Below, in pieces: positions 46,695 through 56,279 of a stretch of DNA of 64,000 nt; position 1 is the first letter of the stretch, and each line of letters begins with the position of its first letter. Source of the DNA: a virus. A program made the position numbers and the translations under genes. The notes below the pieces were generated by a model. The model made no database searches and had not been told where the DNA came from. It was given only the letters and a program-made list of their open reading frames with translations. The stretch spans positions 83,680 through 147,679 of the IMG/VR virus record IMGVR_UViG_3300032272_000003; one strand, 5' to 3'.

Positions 46695-46849
46695 TATCTC
46701 CTAGTCCGCTTACGATACCACGCAATTATACCTTTTGTCAACTTGTTAAACCAATAAATCCCGACTGCAATCAAACCTAAGATCACAATCGGGATTCCAC
46801 ATAGCCCAATGATAATATAACTTTTTTGTGTTTCGCGGTTAGTCATCAC
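46694..46849 (-). CDS. Small membrane protein
   Basis: Hydrophobic stretch; GGAG SD; start approximate. Confidence 0.55.
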   Translation of the reverse strand: MMTNRETQKSYIIIGLCGIPIVILGLIAVGIYWFNKLTKGIIAWYRKRTRR

Positions 46850-46869
46850 ATTCTCCAATTCTAAGTGTG

Positions 46870-46898
46870 ATGATACCATTTTAATACATCAAATGCAA
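46870..46898 (-). promoter_or_regulatory. Sigma70 promoter TTGCAT-17-(TG)TATCAT
   Basis: Near-consensus with extended -10, upstream of the clamp-loader run. Confidence 0.6.
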
Positions 46899-46899
46899 C

Positions 46900-47175
46900 T
46901 CATAGATTCAGCATACCCATGGCCAGGGTCTCATAACTCACATACCACTCATCGAACTTGGTACTCAGTTCCTCTGGTGATAATCCACCCAACTGATCTT
47001 CATTGTGCTGTAGGAATAACAACCACAACACTTGACGCTGTACTATCATCTCAGCATCGAACGCTTCGGCAAGCACATCAGAAAACTTATTAGCGATTTG
47101 CCGTCTTACCTCTAGTTCGAGGTCAACAACCGGCATCTGAATCACACGAGCACTCATCACAGTTGCCACAGCCAT
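46900..47175 (-). CDS. Hypothetical protein
   Basis: ORF. Confidence 0.6.
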   Translation of the reverse strand: MAVATVMSARVIQMPVVDLELEVRRQIANKFSDVLAEAFDAEMIVQRQVLWLLFLQHNEDQLGGLSPEELSTKFDEWYVSYETLAMGMLNL

Positions 47176-47425
47176 CTGGTTCTGGTAGCTCGCCAGTAGC
47201 AGGATCAGAACCCTGTTCTACCATCGAACCCACAACCGTCATTACAATCGTTCGATAGACACAATGGTCTAATTGAACACCGTCTTTCCGGGCTTGGATG
47301 AAATACTTCTCTACAATTTCGGGGTTACTACATGTTCCACCAAGGAACATACCCATAAGCTTCTCGACGCCTTCTTCTGACATCTCAACTGGCAAGTCTG
47401 CCAGGTAATCTGGTTTATTAGTCAC
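47123..47425 (-). CDS. Hypothetical protein with Cys-rich C-terminus
   Basis: AAGGAG SD; GCGNCDECSC. Confidence 0.65.
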   Translation of the reverse strand: MTNKPDYLADLPVEMSEEGVEKLMGMFLGGTCSNPEIVEKYFIQARKDGVQLDHCVYRTIVMTVVGSMVEQGSDPATGELPEPDGCGNCDECSCDSDAGC

Positions 47426-47439
47426 ATTGATCTCCTTTG

Positions 47440-48180
47440 TTACTTAGCCGGTGTAGCCTTCTTACGGCGACGAGTGGTAGGTTTGTCGGCTGCTTTCGTC
47501 ATCGAAGCCTCATTTATGGCTTCTTGAATTTCATTGTATGGAACACGACGTACCGACGATGACGCTTCATCATATTCACCAATCGTCGGAAGACGAGCAA
47601 TCATTTGACCATCATTCAAATACAGGTCGTTACCATCGATGATACGTTCCTGTTCTTCTTCGGTCAGGAAGAATCGTGTTAGATCACTAAACATGTTGGT
47701 CATGTGAGTTTTCCACGCTACGGCACTTGAGAGATGTTCATGTCCCTTACCAAATGTGCCCCAGGATGCATTATGGAACATGGTCATACTGTTTCGGCGA
47801 ATAGCGATAACATCACCGGCCATTAGTATCATAGCACCCATAGAACTTGCGTCACCTTCATTGATGGTGACTACCGTTGCACGACATTCACGCATTGCCG
47901 TGATGATCTGAATACCTGTATCTACACGTCCGCCTGGGCAGTTGATATGCATCTTAACAACATCATACTCAGTAACGTTGCGAAGTGTAGTCAGTAGAAC
48001 GTTGTACCCCTTCGGCTCACCAATACCATCATTGAGATAAACGTCATACTGAGTTGATAGTGCCTTTGCATACATCTCATAAGGCTTAATAGGCTCGTCC
48101 CAGAAATAATCTTCGTCATACTGCTTCTTAGGACGTTGGGTGCGTTCTGGCCTGTTTGCTAAATCTTGACTCTCATTCAT
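47440..48180 (-). CDS. ClpP-like serine protease
   Basis: HINCPGG, ASSMGAMILMAG (catalytic Ser), SMTMFH (catalytic His), DLYL. Confidence 0.9.
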   Translation of the reverse strand: MNESQDLANRPERTQRPKKQYDEDYFWDEPIKPYEMYAKALSTQYDVYLNDGIGEPKGYNVLLTTLRNVTEYDVVKMHINCPGGRVDTGIQIITAMRECRATVVTINEGDASSMGAMILMAGDVIAIRRNSMTMFHNASWGTFGKGHEHLSSAVAWKTHMTNMFSDLTRFFLTEEEQERIIDGNDLYLNDGQMIARLPTIGEYDEASSSVRRVPYNEIQEAINEASMTKAADKPTTRRRKKATPAK

Positions 48181-48204
48181 ACACTATTTCCTTTTAGTTG
48201 TTGG

Positions 48205-48402
48205 TTAAAACAATTGGGAACATCCCGTATCATCATGACCGCCTCTTCTGTCACGTATGATATTAAAAATCAGTTCGTCTAGCGATTGACATACAAATTC
48301 CAATGCGCTCGATTCTGTTTTAAATCCTTTTACCATCTCACCTCCTATGGTGATTGACCACGATCCGTCGTCCTCTTTAATAGACCAGTAATTTGTTGAC
48401 AT
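48205..48402 (-). CDS. Hypothetical protein
   Basis: GAGGG SD. Confidence 0.65.
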   Translation of the reverse strand: MSTNYWSIKEDDGSWSITIGGEMVKGFKTESSALEFVCQSLDELIFNIIRDRRGGHDDTGCSQLF

Positions 48403-48411
48403 AGTTCCCTC

Positions 48412-49071
48412 TTAAATGTATGAGGGTAATGACAACGGCGGTGTGTTCAATTCGAGGAACACCCCCTTGTATCCTTTTGTTAGAAAGATATACTCACCCA
48501 GGTCTTGTTTCGACATCACTGGATTACCTGTCTGTGGTAAATCTTCGAACAGCCCTGCTCTCGATGCCGGTGTAAACGATGCACGGGCATTGACAGTGTG
48601 AGACGCTAGATCATTCGTCTCTTGGGTAATGTTACCTGCCGCTGATACCGTAGAGGCATCGGCTTCGAGCCGTGGTGATTCTGCTGGTGCTGGTGTAGGT
48701 AAAATCACTTCTTCAATACCATCATCCCAGTAATCAACAGGCTGTGATTGTATATTAGCTCGCCATCCGCCCATCAAGAAGATCAGATTCTCATGAGGGG
48801 CATATTCAGTCACTGGTGTGAAAGTATTTGCCATGGCAATACTACCATATATACCTTCTATCAGGTCTTGCATCGCTGCTTGACGATGAGTATCATCATC
48901 CATCCAGGCCACGATTGCATCATTCAATATACTGACGAACGGCTGATAGAACACCTCACCTAGTACAGAGACATCATACAGATACTCTTCCTTGTCGGTG
49001 ATGCTGGTGTACAATGCAGGGTCAAACACATTGATCCTGGTACTGAAAACGGAATTCACATGAACTCCCAT
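48412..49071 (-). CDS. Hypothetical protein downstream of PAAR
   Basis: GGAGG SD. Confidence 0.75.
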   Translation of the reverse strand: MGVHVNSVFSTRINVFDPALYTSITDKEEYLYDVSVLGEVFYQPFVSILNDAIVAWMDDDTHRQAAMQDLIEGIYGSIAMANTFTPVTEYAPHENLIFLMGGWRANIQSQPVDYWDDGIEEVILPTPAPAESPRLEADASTVSAAGNITQETNDLASHTVNARASFTPASRAGLFEDLPQTGNPVMSKQDLGEYIFLTKGYKGVFLELNTPPLSLPSYI

Positions 49072-49073
49072 GA

Positions 49074-49382
49074 TTAACCTCCTGCTACTGCGTTACCGGC
49101 TGATCCGACTGTTACCGCCGCACCGCCACAATTCACTCCATATCCACCCATACGATGGGTGGCCAGGCTATTAACAACGACACTACCACTACCAGTGATA
49201 AGTGTAATGATGTGTCCACACGTTGACACCGCAACATCACCGAACCTGGCTGTTGGTAGGCTGTTCGTAACCACATCACCCGAACCGACTATGATCGTGC
49301 CCATAAAATTAACTGGACCCACATGACACCCACACGGGGATGTACTGATCATAACGTCTCCTAATCTTGCTATTCCTGGCAT
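49074..49382 (-). CDS. PAAR-domain spike tip protein (gp5.4-like)
   Basis: ARLGD...G.I..GS..V..N..P.AR.GD....CGH. Confidence 0.9.
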   Translation of the reverse strand: MPGIARLGDVMISTSPCGCHVGPVNFMGTIIVGSGDVVTNSLPTARFGDVAVSTCGHIITLITGSGSVVVNSLATHRMGGYGVNCGGAAVTVGSAGNAVAGG

Positions 49383-49385
49383 TGC

Positions 49386-49673
49386 TTAATCCTTATCTAA
49401 AATCAATTTCACCATCTTCTCGCTGGTGGTAGTAATATTCATACCCTCAACCTCAACAGGCAACATATGATCACCAAGGCCAATCGCCACGATGTCACCA
49501 ACCTTACAGTATTCAACATCACTACCAACTGCCAACACTTCGAAGAAGTTGATAGCGTTCTGGTGGTTGTCCTTGACATAGATCAGACTGGACTCTTGTA
49601 CCTTGTTCAGGTCTGTCCGCTTGACAATGATATCGTCGTGTAGGGGTCGTAGATTCTTAATTTCGAGTAGCAT
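49386..49673 (-). CDS. Co-chaperonin GroES-like (gp31 analogue)
   Basis: LRPLHD.IIVKR...VLAVG..V...KVGD.V. Confidence 0.9.
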   Translation of the reverse strand: MLLEIKNLRPLHDDIIVKRTDLNKVQESSLIYVKDNHQNAINFFEVLAVGSDVEYCKVGDIVAIGLGDHMLPVEVEGMNITTTSEKMVKLILDKD

Positions 49674-49812
49674 ATTCTTTATCCTCCGGGTATAATTCTT
49701 TAATTACAGCCTTGGTATGACAACCGGCTGAACAGTACATCTCATCTTCGACATGAGGGTTCTGTGTGTACATCTTACCACAATACTCACATATCTTCAA
49801 CGGTTCATTCAT
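49657..49812 (-). CDS. 51-aa zinc-binding peptide (CxxC...YCSxGC)
   Basis: Translated by hand: MNEPLKICEYCGKMY...YCSAGC; fills the gap. Confidence 0.65.
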   Translation of the reverse strand: MNEPLKICEYCGKMYTQNPHVEDEMYCSAGCHTKAVIKELYPEDKEYATRN

Positions 49813-49813
49813 A

Positions 49814-50416
49814 TTAATCCTTTGGGTATGGTAGTCCAGTAACCTTTTGTTTTTTCTTCAAATTATAAGAGTATATATATTTACCAGGAGTTGTAACCTC
49901 TGTCAGCTCACCAGCATCATGTAATGCTCTTAACCGTTTAACAAATGGCTTATATTCGCCTTTATATTTTGTTCTCAATGCTCTTGAGTGATAGCTCCTT
50001 CCATCTGGTGTAATGAGAAGGGTATCTTTATTAGTTCTACCCAGGAAGCTCCAGTTGGATGCCTGATAAATGAATCCAACGTGACCATAATATGGATCAG
50101 CATAACTGATACACACACTATAGTCAAATCTATTCTTAAGATGCTTCAACATCTTTGATATAAACCAAGACTCAGTATTCTTAGGACAACTATCAAGGGT
50201 AACCAATCTACGAAGTTCAATAACATCCTTCTCATGCTCACCATATCGTTTCCATGCTGTGGTTGATAGCTCACCGAACAAAGCAGCACCAACCAAAACA
50301 TTATCATCGTATAATGCATAACACTGTGTTATTTTACATCCATTAATACTCCTACTATAGTGATTATCTTCTATAAACATTCGAACATCACTAACTGGTA
50401 CAGGGTCAACTCTCAT
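49814..50416 (-). CDS. Mom-like adenine-modifying GNAT protein
   Basis: FI..NHYS, ELRRL, NTESWFIS..LK.LK, ISYADP..GH.G.IYQASNW. Confidence 0.8.
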   Translation of the reverse strand: MRVDPVPVSDVRMFIEDNHYSRSINGCKITQCYALYDDNVLVGAALFGELSTTAWKRYGEHEKDVIELRRLVTLDSCPKNTESWFISKMLKHLKNRFDYSVCISYADPYYGHVGFIYQASNWSFLGRTNKDTLLITPDGRSYHSRALRTKYKGEYKPFVKRLRALHDAGELTEVTTPGKYIYSYNLKKKQKVTGLPYPKD

Positions 50417-50940
50417 TCTTTACTGAACTCCCTAAACGGTATATTGAACTTAATAGAATTCACATCATGCACTCTCATGAGGTACAGAATATATGATGCA
50501 CATGATGATCCTCGGCCTACACCCCATACTACACCAGTCTCATTGAACTTATCAATGACTCTTAGTAATGAGCATAGGAAGTCGATCTTGTCATTCTCAT
50601 TGTAGAACTCCATTTCCATATCAACACGCTTAACGTGTAAGTCCACCGGGGTATTATCTCGGGGAGTATCCAGTATCGTGAGAAGTCTTTCAATTTCTTC
50701 ACCCGATGCTTCTTGGACAGTTGGTATGATGGTAGGTTCAGTCAGGTCTGACGTGATGTTAACATCGTATAATGACTCAAACACATCAGCATCTCTACAG
50801 GACGGTACCCTGTAATGATCTGGGAGAGAACCATGTTCTAAAATGATTCTAGCAGCATCACCGACCGATATGACAGAGATGCCGTTGTTAAGTAATATTC
50901 TTGATTTGGTTGGTAACATAACTTTCATCCAAGATATCAA
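50413..50940 (-). CDS. Stand-alone DNA polymerase III alpha (DnaE)-like fragment
   Basis: R...E..F......FL......ID......VVWGVGRGSSCAS.ILYL..VH.V..IKF.I.F.EF. Confidence 0.85.
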   Translation of the reverse strand: MISWMKVMLPTKSRILLNNGISVISVGDAARIILEHGSLPDHYRVPSCRDADVFESLYDVNITSDLTEPTIIPTVQEASGEEIERLLTILDTPRDNTPVDLHVKRVDMEMEFYNENDKIDFLCSLLRVIDKFNETGVVWGVGRGSSCASYILYLMRVHDVNSIKFNIPFREFSKE

Positions 50941-51544
50941 ACTTGTGGGATTCGGTCAAGATCAATGATGATACTCTTCGTTTACCTGTGTCATAAACAC
51001 CCTTCTTGAAGTATTGAAGTTTAACACCAGGCTTGATGAATGTGAGTGTACAGAACCATAGGACACTGAGTATCAATTTGGAAACTATACTTACACCCTT
51101 GGTGTACATATATGTCAGGTGAGGGGCAAACTGAGAACCATATTTCAATAATTCATCGGGGGTAGTAGTACCATATTTCTTGGCTTTATAATCAGTCATC
51201 TTCTCAATGGCACGTTGGTCGTTAGCTACCATAACCTTATATACGTCGTTGGGGATGTATTTCTGTATATCACTATGAATGATATCGGTAGGGATTGTGA
51301 CAGTTTCAATGTGCTCACCGACGAACTCATATATAGTTCCACGACGAAGCAACCGAGCATTCTGGAAGATCAGTTCGGGATCGTCATCGAGCATGACATA
51401 ATCAGCTTCGATCATCACTTCGGCATCGACCTCTTCCATGGCCTCCTGTATGATGGTTCTGTAATTGTCCGTAAGCTTGCTGAAAGTGTGCTGCACTGCT
51501 AGTATCTTCTCTTGAATTTCATCGAACTGTTTGTCATTACTCAT
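50888..51544 (-). CDS. Hypothetical protein
   Basis: GAGG SD. Confidence 0.7.
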   Translation of the reverse strand: MSNDKQFDEIQEKILAVQHTFSKLTDNYRTIIQEAMEEVDAEVMIEADYVMLDDDPELIFQNARLLRRGTIYEFVGEHIETVTIPTDIIHSDIQKYIPNDVYKVMVANDQRAIEKMTDYKAKKYGTTTPDELLKYGSQFAPHLTYMYTKGVSIVSKLILSVLWFCTLTFIKPGVKLQYFKKGVYDTGKRRVSSLILTESHKFDILDESYVTNQIKNIT

Positions 51545-51554
51545 TATAAATCCT

Positions 51555-52025
51555 CTATATAATGTCTGAGAAGGTTAGATTCTTGATCTTACCGTAAATC
51601 TCAACACTGGAGATGAGTATAGCACGTTCATCAGAATAAGCAACTGGATAGGCATTCTTTGTGAATGGTAGTTGGAACAAGGATTCATCCTCATGACCAA
51701 CAACGGTTACCTTCTTCAACAGCCATGAATCTGGTTCCATATCTAAATTGAATGTCAGTACCTCGAACTCTCTACCACAAATATCGTCTGGGGTAATGGT
51801 GTCGAGACCGGCATCATAATCACCAATGACCATGAAGAAGTTTGCTGGTACACGAATATCGTGCCCGTCAATCCTCAGAATATAGGTCTCGGTGTGTAGG
51901 TTGTACCACGTATCGTACCGACGAAGGAAGAAATCTACCCGGTCGGGAAGATAGAGCCAAAATAAGTGGCTGTATGAGTTGGTAAGATCGTCTATCGGTT
52001 TGTAAACCTCATTGATCAATCGCAT
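51555..52025 (-). CDS. Hypothetical protein downstream of UvsW
   Basis: ORF; duplicated RBS. Confidence 0.75.
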   Translation of the reverse strand: MRLINEVYKPIDDLTNSYSHLFWLYLPDRVDFFLRRYDTWYNLHTETYILRIDGHDIRVPANFFMVIGDYDAGLDTITPDDICGREFEVLTFNLDMEPDSWLLKKVTVVGHEDESLFQLPFTKNAYPVAYSDERAILISSVEIYGKIKNLTFSDII

Positions 52026-52052
52026 ATAAGTTCCTCCGCATATAAGTTCCTC
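52021..52052. repeat. 16-bp tandem duplication of RBS plus start codon
   Basis: cgcatataagttcctc twice (- strand GAGGAACTTATATGCG). Confidence 0.95.
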
Positions 52053-52067
52053 TTTAATAGTTTGACC

Positions 52068-53483
52068 CTATTCTACCTCTAAAGTTCCGATGTAGTGATA
52101 TGGGTATTTCAATTCTTTGTATATCTTGATTCTCTCTTTGTGGTGTTTGCCACCAGAGTAACCAAACGACACTGTGTCGCCCTTGGAGTTAATCTTATAC
52201 AGGTCAGAGTAAATGTCAATCACTTCAACATAATTCCCTAAACCATCCAGGCGAAGACCACGACCAATAGATTGCACGATCCTCGTATAATTCTTACCAA
52301 CATCGATCAGTACCAGACTTGTGATCTCATCAATTGAAATCCCTGTACCGGCAGTCCCGAAGGATGCAATCAACATCATATTCGGGTTTGTCTTGAATTC
52401 GCTGTACAGCTCTTCTCGTCGCTTCTCTGGCGTTTCGTCAGATATGAAGGGTAGGCCAAGCTCTTCGGCCAACATCACCCCAAACTGCGGGTGACACAGC
52501 ACCAGACGTGGTTCTGGAGGCAGTGCACTGATAAATCCAGCAATGACCTCTAATCTCTTCAGATTCTTGCTCATGTAGTCAACTTCTACCTCCCATTCCT
52601 CGGCTGGTAGGTTGACAACGTGCTTGACAGGGATGAGGTTCACATCCAGGTGAGATACATGGCCTTTGTCCATCATCTGTTTAGGCTTCACCTTGATCAG
52701 GATTTCACCGCCCAGGTGACAGAGAATCTTCTCACGCTTCTGTTTGACCTTCGGTACGGTACCGGTGAACCCCAACCGGACGTAGGCATGGTTCAGGTTC
52801 TCACTCAGAGTCTCGAACATAGTATCACCCATGATGTGACATTCGTCATAAAGAACGACGCGGACATCTGGGGTGATGTGTTTACGATTACGAATGAGTG
52901 TCTGCCAGGTACACACGATGTGCTGCTTATCCCATTCCTTCTTCTTACCAGCAACCTTACCGGCATTCAGACCCATGGCGATGTAGGTGTCATATGTCTG
53001 GTTGACAAGCTTGTTACTCGGGACGATTGTGTAACTCTTATCATCGAAGGCAGTCAGTATGGCAGCACAAACAACAGTCTTACCACCACTGGTGCCGATC
53101 TCAATGATCCCGACCTTGTTATCGATACCGAGATTAACGGCCTCGACCTGGTAGTCACGTAGAATGATACCATGGACTGATAGGATATTCTCATCGATTG
53201 GTAATGTGACTGGCACGTCAGGGCGATGGTCGATCAACTCAACATCATATCCTAGCTCGACAAGCATAGGAATGGCATACTCCAACATGTGAATGAAGGT
53301 GGTACCGTCACCACGAATCTGACTCTCTTTACCATCCCAGGCACCAATCTTGAAAGCTGCGGTGTGTCTGGCACCATCCACGGCTCTCTTGGTCTTCTCG
53401 ATGATGAGGTCCATGTGTTCCGCCTCAACAGTATCCTCAATGAAACAGTTCACTTCATCTAAAACATGTATGGTTACATCCAT
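52068..53483 (-). CDS. uvsW: UvsW-like SF2 helicase
   Basis: WDG, LRDYQ.EA, TSGGKT, DECH, GFTGT, TGISI, QSIGRGLR. Confidence 0.92.
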   Translation of the reverse strand: MDVTIHVLDEVNCFIEDTVEAEHMDLIIEKTKRAVDGARHTAAFKIGAWDGKESQIRGDGTTFIHMLEYAIPMLVELGYDVELIDHRPDVPVTLPIDENILSVHGIILRDYQVEAVNLGIDNKVGIIEIGTSGGKTVVCAAILTAFDDKSYTIVPSNKLVNQTYDTYIAMGLNAGKVAGKKKEWDKQHIVCTWQTLIRNRKHITPDVRVVLYDECHIMGDTMFETLSENLNHAYVRLGFTGTVPKVKQKREKILCHLGGEILIKVKPKQMMDKGHVSHLDVNLIPVKHVVNLPAEEWEVEVDYMSKNLKRLEVIAGFISALPPEPRLVLCHPQFGVMLAEELGLPFISDETPEKRREELYSEFKTNPNMMLIASFGTAGTGISIDEITSLVLIDVGKNYTRIVQSIGRGLRLDGLGNYVEVIDIYSDLYKINSKGDTVSFGYSGGKHHKERIKIYKELKYPYHYIGTLEVE

Positions 53484-53914
53484 TATAAAATTGTTTCCTC
53501 TGCTCCACGGACTATGAGATCAGTGTAAGCCTTCAGATGCCATTTCATGTCATCTAAGGTGTTTAATGCTCCCCTGGTAAGTTCTATGACTACCTTCATG
53601 GTGTTAAGTTCCTTTCTCAGAGCGAGATAGGTAGGATCAGACAGGGCATAGTTGTGAGCCTCTGTATAGGTCATGTCCATGCTTTGGTTGTTTCTAAGTC
53701 GTTTGGTGGCGTTCTCCCGAGCCTCTTCAAGCTCATATTCGAACTCGTCTTCTGCCGCTTTGGCGAATGCCCTGTATTTCTCCCACTTAATCCTTAACTC
53801 AGAATACCGCTTGATAACATCCTTGATAAGTTTGTCATCGAGGCATAGCTCATCTTCAAGCTCGTTATAGTCATTGATGATATCTTCTTGTAACTCTTCA
53901 ATTGCTCTACTCAT
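53483..53914 (-). CDS. uvsY: UvsY-like recombination mediator
   Basis: Coiled coil with Y..SDP.Y...LD...W.LK; lies between UvsX and UvsW. Confidence 0.75.
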   Translation of the reverse strand: MSRAIEELQEDIINDYNELEDELCLDDKLIKDVIKRYSELRIKWEKYRAFAKAAEDEFEYELEEARENATKRLRNNQSMDMTYTEAHNYALSDPTYLALRKELNTMKVVIELTRGALNTLDDMKWHLKAYTDLIVRGAEETIL

Positions 53915-53945
53915 ATAAATACCTTTAAATTAAGGTGAGACTAAA

Positions 53946-54200
53946 ATGAAAATAACCGATCTATTTGAATCCGAGTATGATGTTGACTCTATATCCAGCA
54001 TTGAACTCGATGAGTTACATGAACTGGACTTTCCAGATGATCTACCTGTCTTAGTCATTCAAGACGGCCAGACCCTTTTTAAAGGTGCCTGGGTCGATGT
54101 TCTTGATGAACTGGAAGACGAATGGCTGGAAATCTCAGGTCGAATTGACATTGTGGACTCGTCTGGCTCCGTACTTCATTCAGTCACTATTTCCCGATAA
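53946..54200 (+). CDS. Acidic late protein, N-terminal MKITDLFE
   Basis: TATAAATA at 53914-53921; antisense insertion between uvsX and uvsY. Confidence 0.75.
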   Translation: MKITDLFESEYDVDSISSIELDELHELDFPDDLPVLVIQDGQTLFKGAWVDVLDELEDEWLEISGRIDIVDSSGSVLHSVTISR

Positions 54201-54203
54201 TTA

Positions 54204-55205
54204 CTATTCAGCCTCATAGTCAACGACTTCGATACCACCGAAGTCGAACAACTGTGTGGCTACTTCTGGGGTGAACCCCTTCGAACCCTGGAACTTGACT
54301 TCCTTGCCATCAGAATCGGTGAAAGAATACCATGCCCCTGCACGTTTTATCAGGCCATCATTGACGGCCACTTCTAACAAACCATCATAAGGATCGATCC
54401 CGCTATCATGTGGGACAATCATCTCATGCTTCAATCCTTTACCAGGCGAGAATCGAGACTTGGTTATCTCGGCTCTAATCTTGATACCATTGATAACACC
54501 ACCCTCACGATTCTTCAGGTGAGTCATAAGCAATGAAATAGATGGTAGGAACTGGATGCCCTTACCGCCATTACAAATCCATGCACCTTCACCGTTACGA
54601 ATGTCTTGGTTCTGATATGCATGGCATGTCATGATCAAGAAGTTATCCCGTTCACCAATCTTGTAGTTCATGTTGGTAACGAAGTTCTTCAACATCTTGG
54701 ACTTCAGACCCATATCGTTAGCAACCTCACCATCATCAAATGCGTTGGCTTCACGCTCTGTCTGTAGATTCGAAAGAGAATCGATGACATAGCAAATCTT
54801 ATCTTCCGGGTCGAATGTGGCGAATAGCTCAGACATGGTTTTTCTGATACCATCCTTACCGTCAATTACCCCGATATTGATCAAGGCGAACTTCTCAGGA
54901 TCGAGATCGACACCGATGCTCTTCAGATAATCCTCATGGATAGCATGTTCTGTATCAATATAGATCACCACGTATCCAGCATCCTGGGCTTCCTTAGCAG
55001 CGGCACATGCCAGATATGACTTCCCACTACCACTTGGACCCCAATATAAAACAGTCTTCTTGTTGGGTACACCTTTAACAAAGTCTCCAGTGATCATTTT
55101 GTTCAGGGCATAGTTGCCGCTCGATACCCACAGTGTGGGGTTTGATACCTCCATGGAGACGTTTCGTTTTCCTAATATCTTTCTTACATCATCTAATGTT
55201 GCCAT
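54204..55205 (-). CDS. uvsX: UvsX / RecA-like recombinase
   Basis: SG..ALN....G, GPSGSGKS, IDTE.A, VIDSL, GG.G, KSRF, GAWY. Confidence 0.93.
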   Translation of the reverse strand: MATLDDVRKILGKRNVSMEVSNPTLWVSSGNYALNKMITGDFVKGVPNKKTVLYWGPSGSGKSYLACAAAKEAQDAGYVVIYIDTEHAIHEDYLKSIGVDLDPEKFALINIGVIDGKDGIRKTMSELFATFDPEDKICYVIDSLSNLQTEREANAFDDGEVANDMGLKSKMLKNFVTNMNYKIGERDNFLIMTCHAYQNQDIRNGEGAWICNGGKGIQFLPSISLLMTHLKNREGGVINGIKIRAEITKSRFSPGKGLKHEMIVPHDSGIDPYDGLLEVAVNDGLIKRAGAWYSFTDSDGKEVKFQGSKGFTPEVATQLFDFGGIEVVDYEAE

Positions 55206-55512
55206 CTATTTTACCTCTTCAATATACGTGCGTTCGATTGGTGTCTGCACGTAGAGCTTGTCGCCATCCTCATCGGTGGCCCAAAAGTAGTAGTAACCTT
55301 TGTCACCTTCGCTAGTAACCTTACCATCTATGACTTTCCAGCTCTTCAGATGGGCATCTTCAGAGTACGTGACCAGGTAATCTTGTCCCGTGTACGTCTC
55401 TATGGTACGGCTCATACGATTTAGATTCTCTTCCGGTACCAACCAGTAGATACTTATCACCGCTGCAAGCAAAGCAACAGCCGCTAATTTCAATTTTGTT
55501 TTGAGTAACATG
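55206..55512 (-). CDS. Secreted / membrane-anchored hypothetical protein
   Basis: GGAGG SD before MLLKTK; signal-like N-terminus; start approximate. Confidence 0.65.
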
Positions 55513-55759
55513 TAACCTCCTAGAATATTAATCCGATCAGCACAAAGGCCGATACTATTACGACAACACAAGGCCAACAAAGTTTACATTGGCCGTCCAT
55601 ATATCCTAACACTTGACATAGTGACTTCGGTAACATATCAATTATCTCCCTGTTGTATTTGGTCAATGATGAACATTCCCAACAATACAAATGGTGCTGC
55701 AATCAAAAGTTCTGTCATTTCGTGCTCCTATAAATAAAGGAAAGTAAGGAGGATTTACA

Positions 55760-56245
55760 ATGTTAAACATAAACCATTTACGTTCGGTGATAAAACGAGT
55801 CCTAAAGGCGATGGGCGAATATACACCAGAAGGCGAATTACTCATTCTTGGCACCTTTGCCATGGAATCTAAACTGTCAGACCTCCATAGTGGAGGAAAG
55901 TTCGGTGACTTGAACTACAAATATGGTCTAATGGCCATGGATGCCAAGAAACTGGACTGGATTTTGACGGAGTGGCTACCATATAGCCGACAATATATTG
56001 ATAAGCTTGAGCTTGCTGTTGGGCTTTACCTGACCGATCTTGAGCCAAACGACATCAGACACCTGGCAGATGAACATATCGGCTTCATGGTTGCTCTGAC
56101 TCACTCCTGGTACCGTACTCATTATGAAGACGTGCCAGAAATGGACTACCTTGAAATAGCCAAGTGTTATAAGTCAGAATGGGACACCGAGTTTGGCACC
56201 CGTACTGTGGATGAGTTCGTATCTGTACTAAAGAGTGTCGTCTGA
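55760..56245 (+). CDS. Lysozyme / transglycosylase-like late protein
   Basis: LILGT.A.ES...GL..M...A..YK..W.T..G; TATAAATA at 55729-55736 and AGGAGG SD. Confidence 0.55.
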   Translation: MLNINHLRSVIKRVLKAMGEYTPEGELLILGTFAMESKLSDLHSGGKFGDLNYKYGLMAMDAKKLDWILTEWLPYSRQYIDKLELAVGLYLTDLEPNDIRHLADEHIGFMVALTHSWYRTHYEDVPEMDYLEIAKCYKSEWDTEFGTRTVDEFVSVLKSVV

Positions 56246-56279
56246 GTATAAATACAAGCATTAACTACGGAGATACAGA

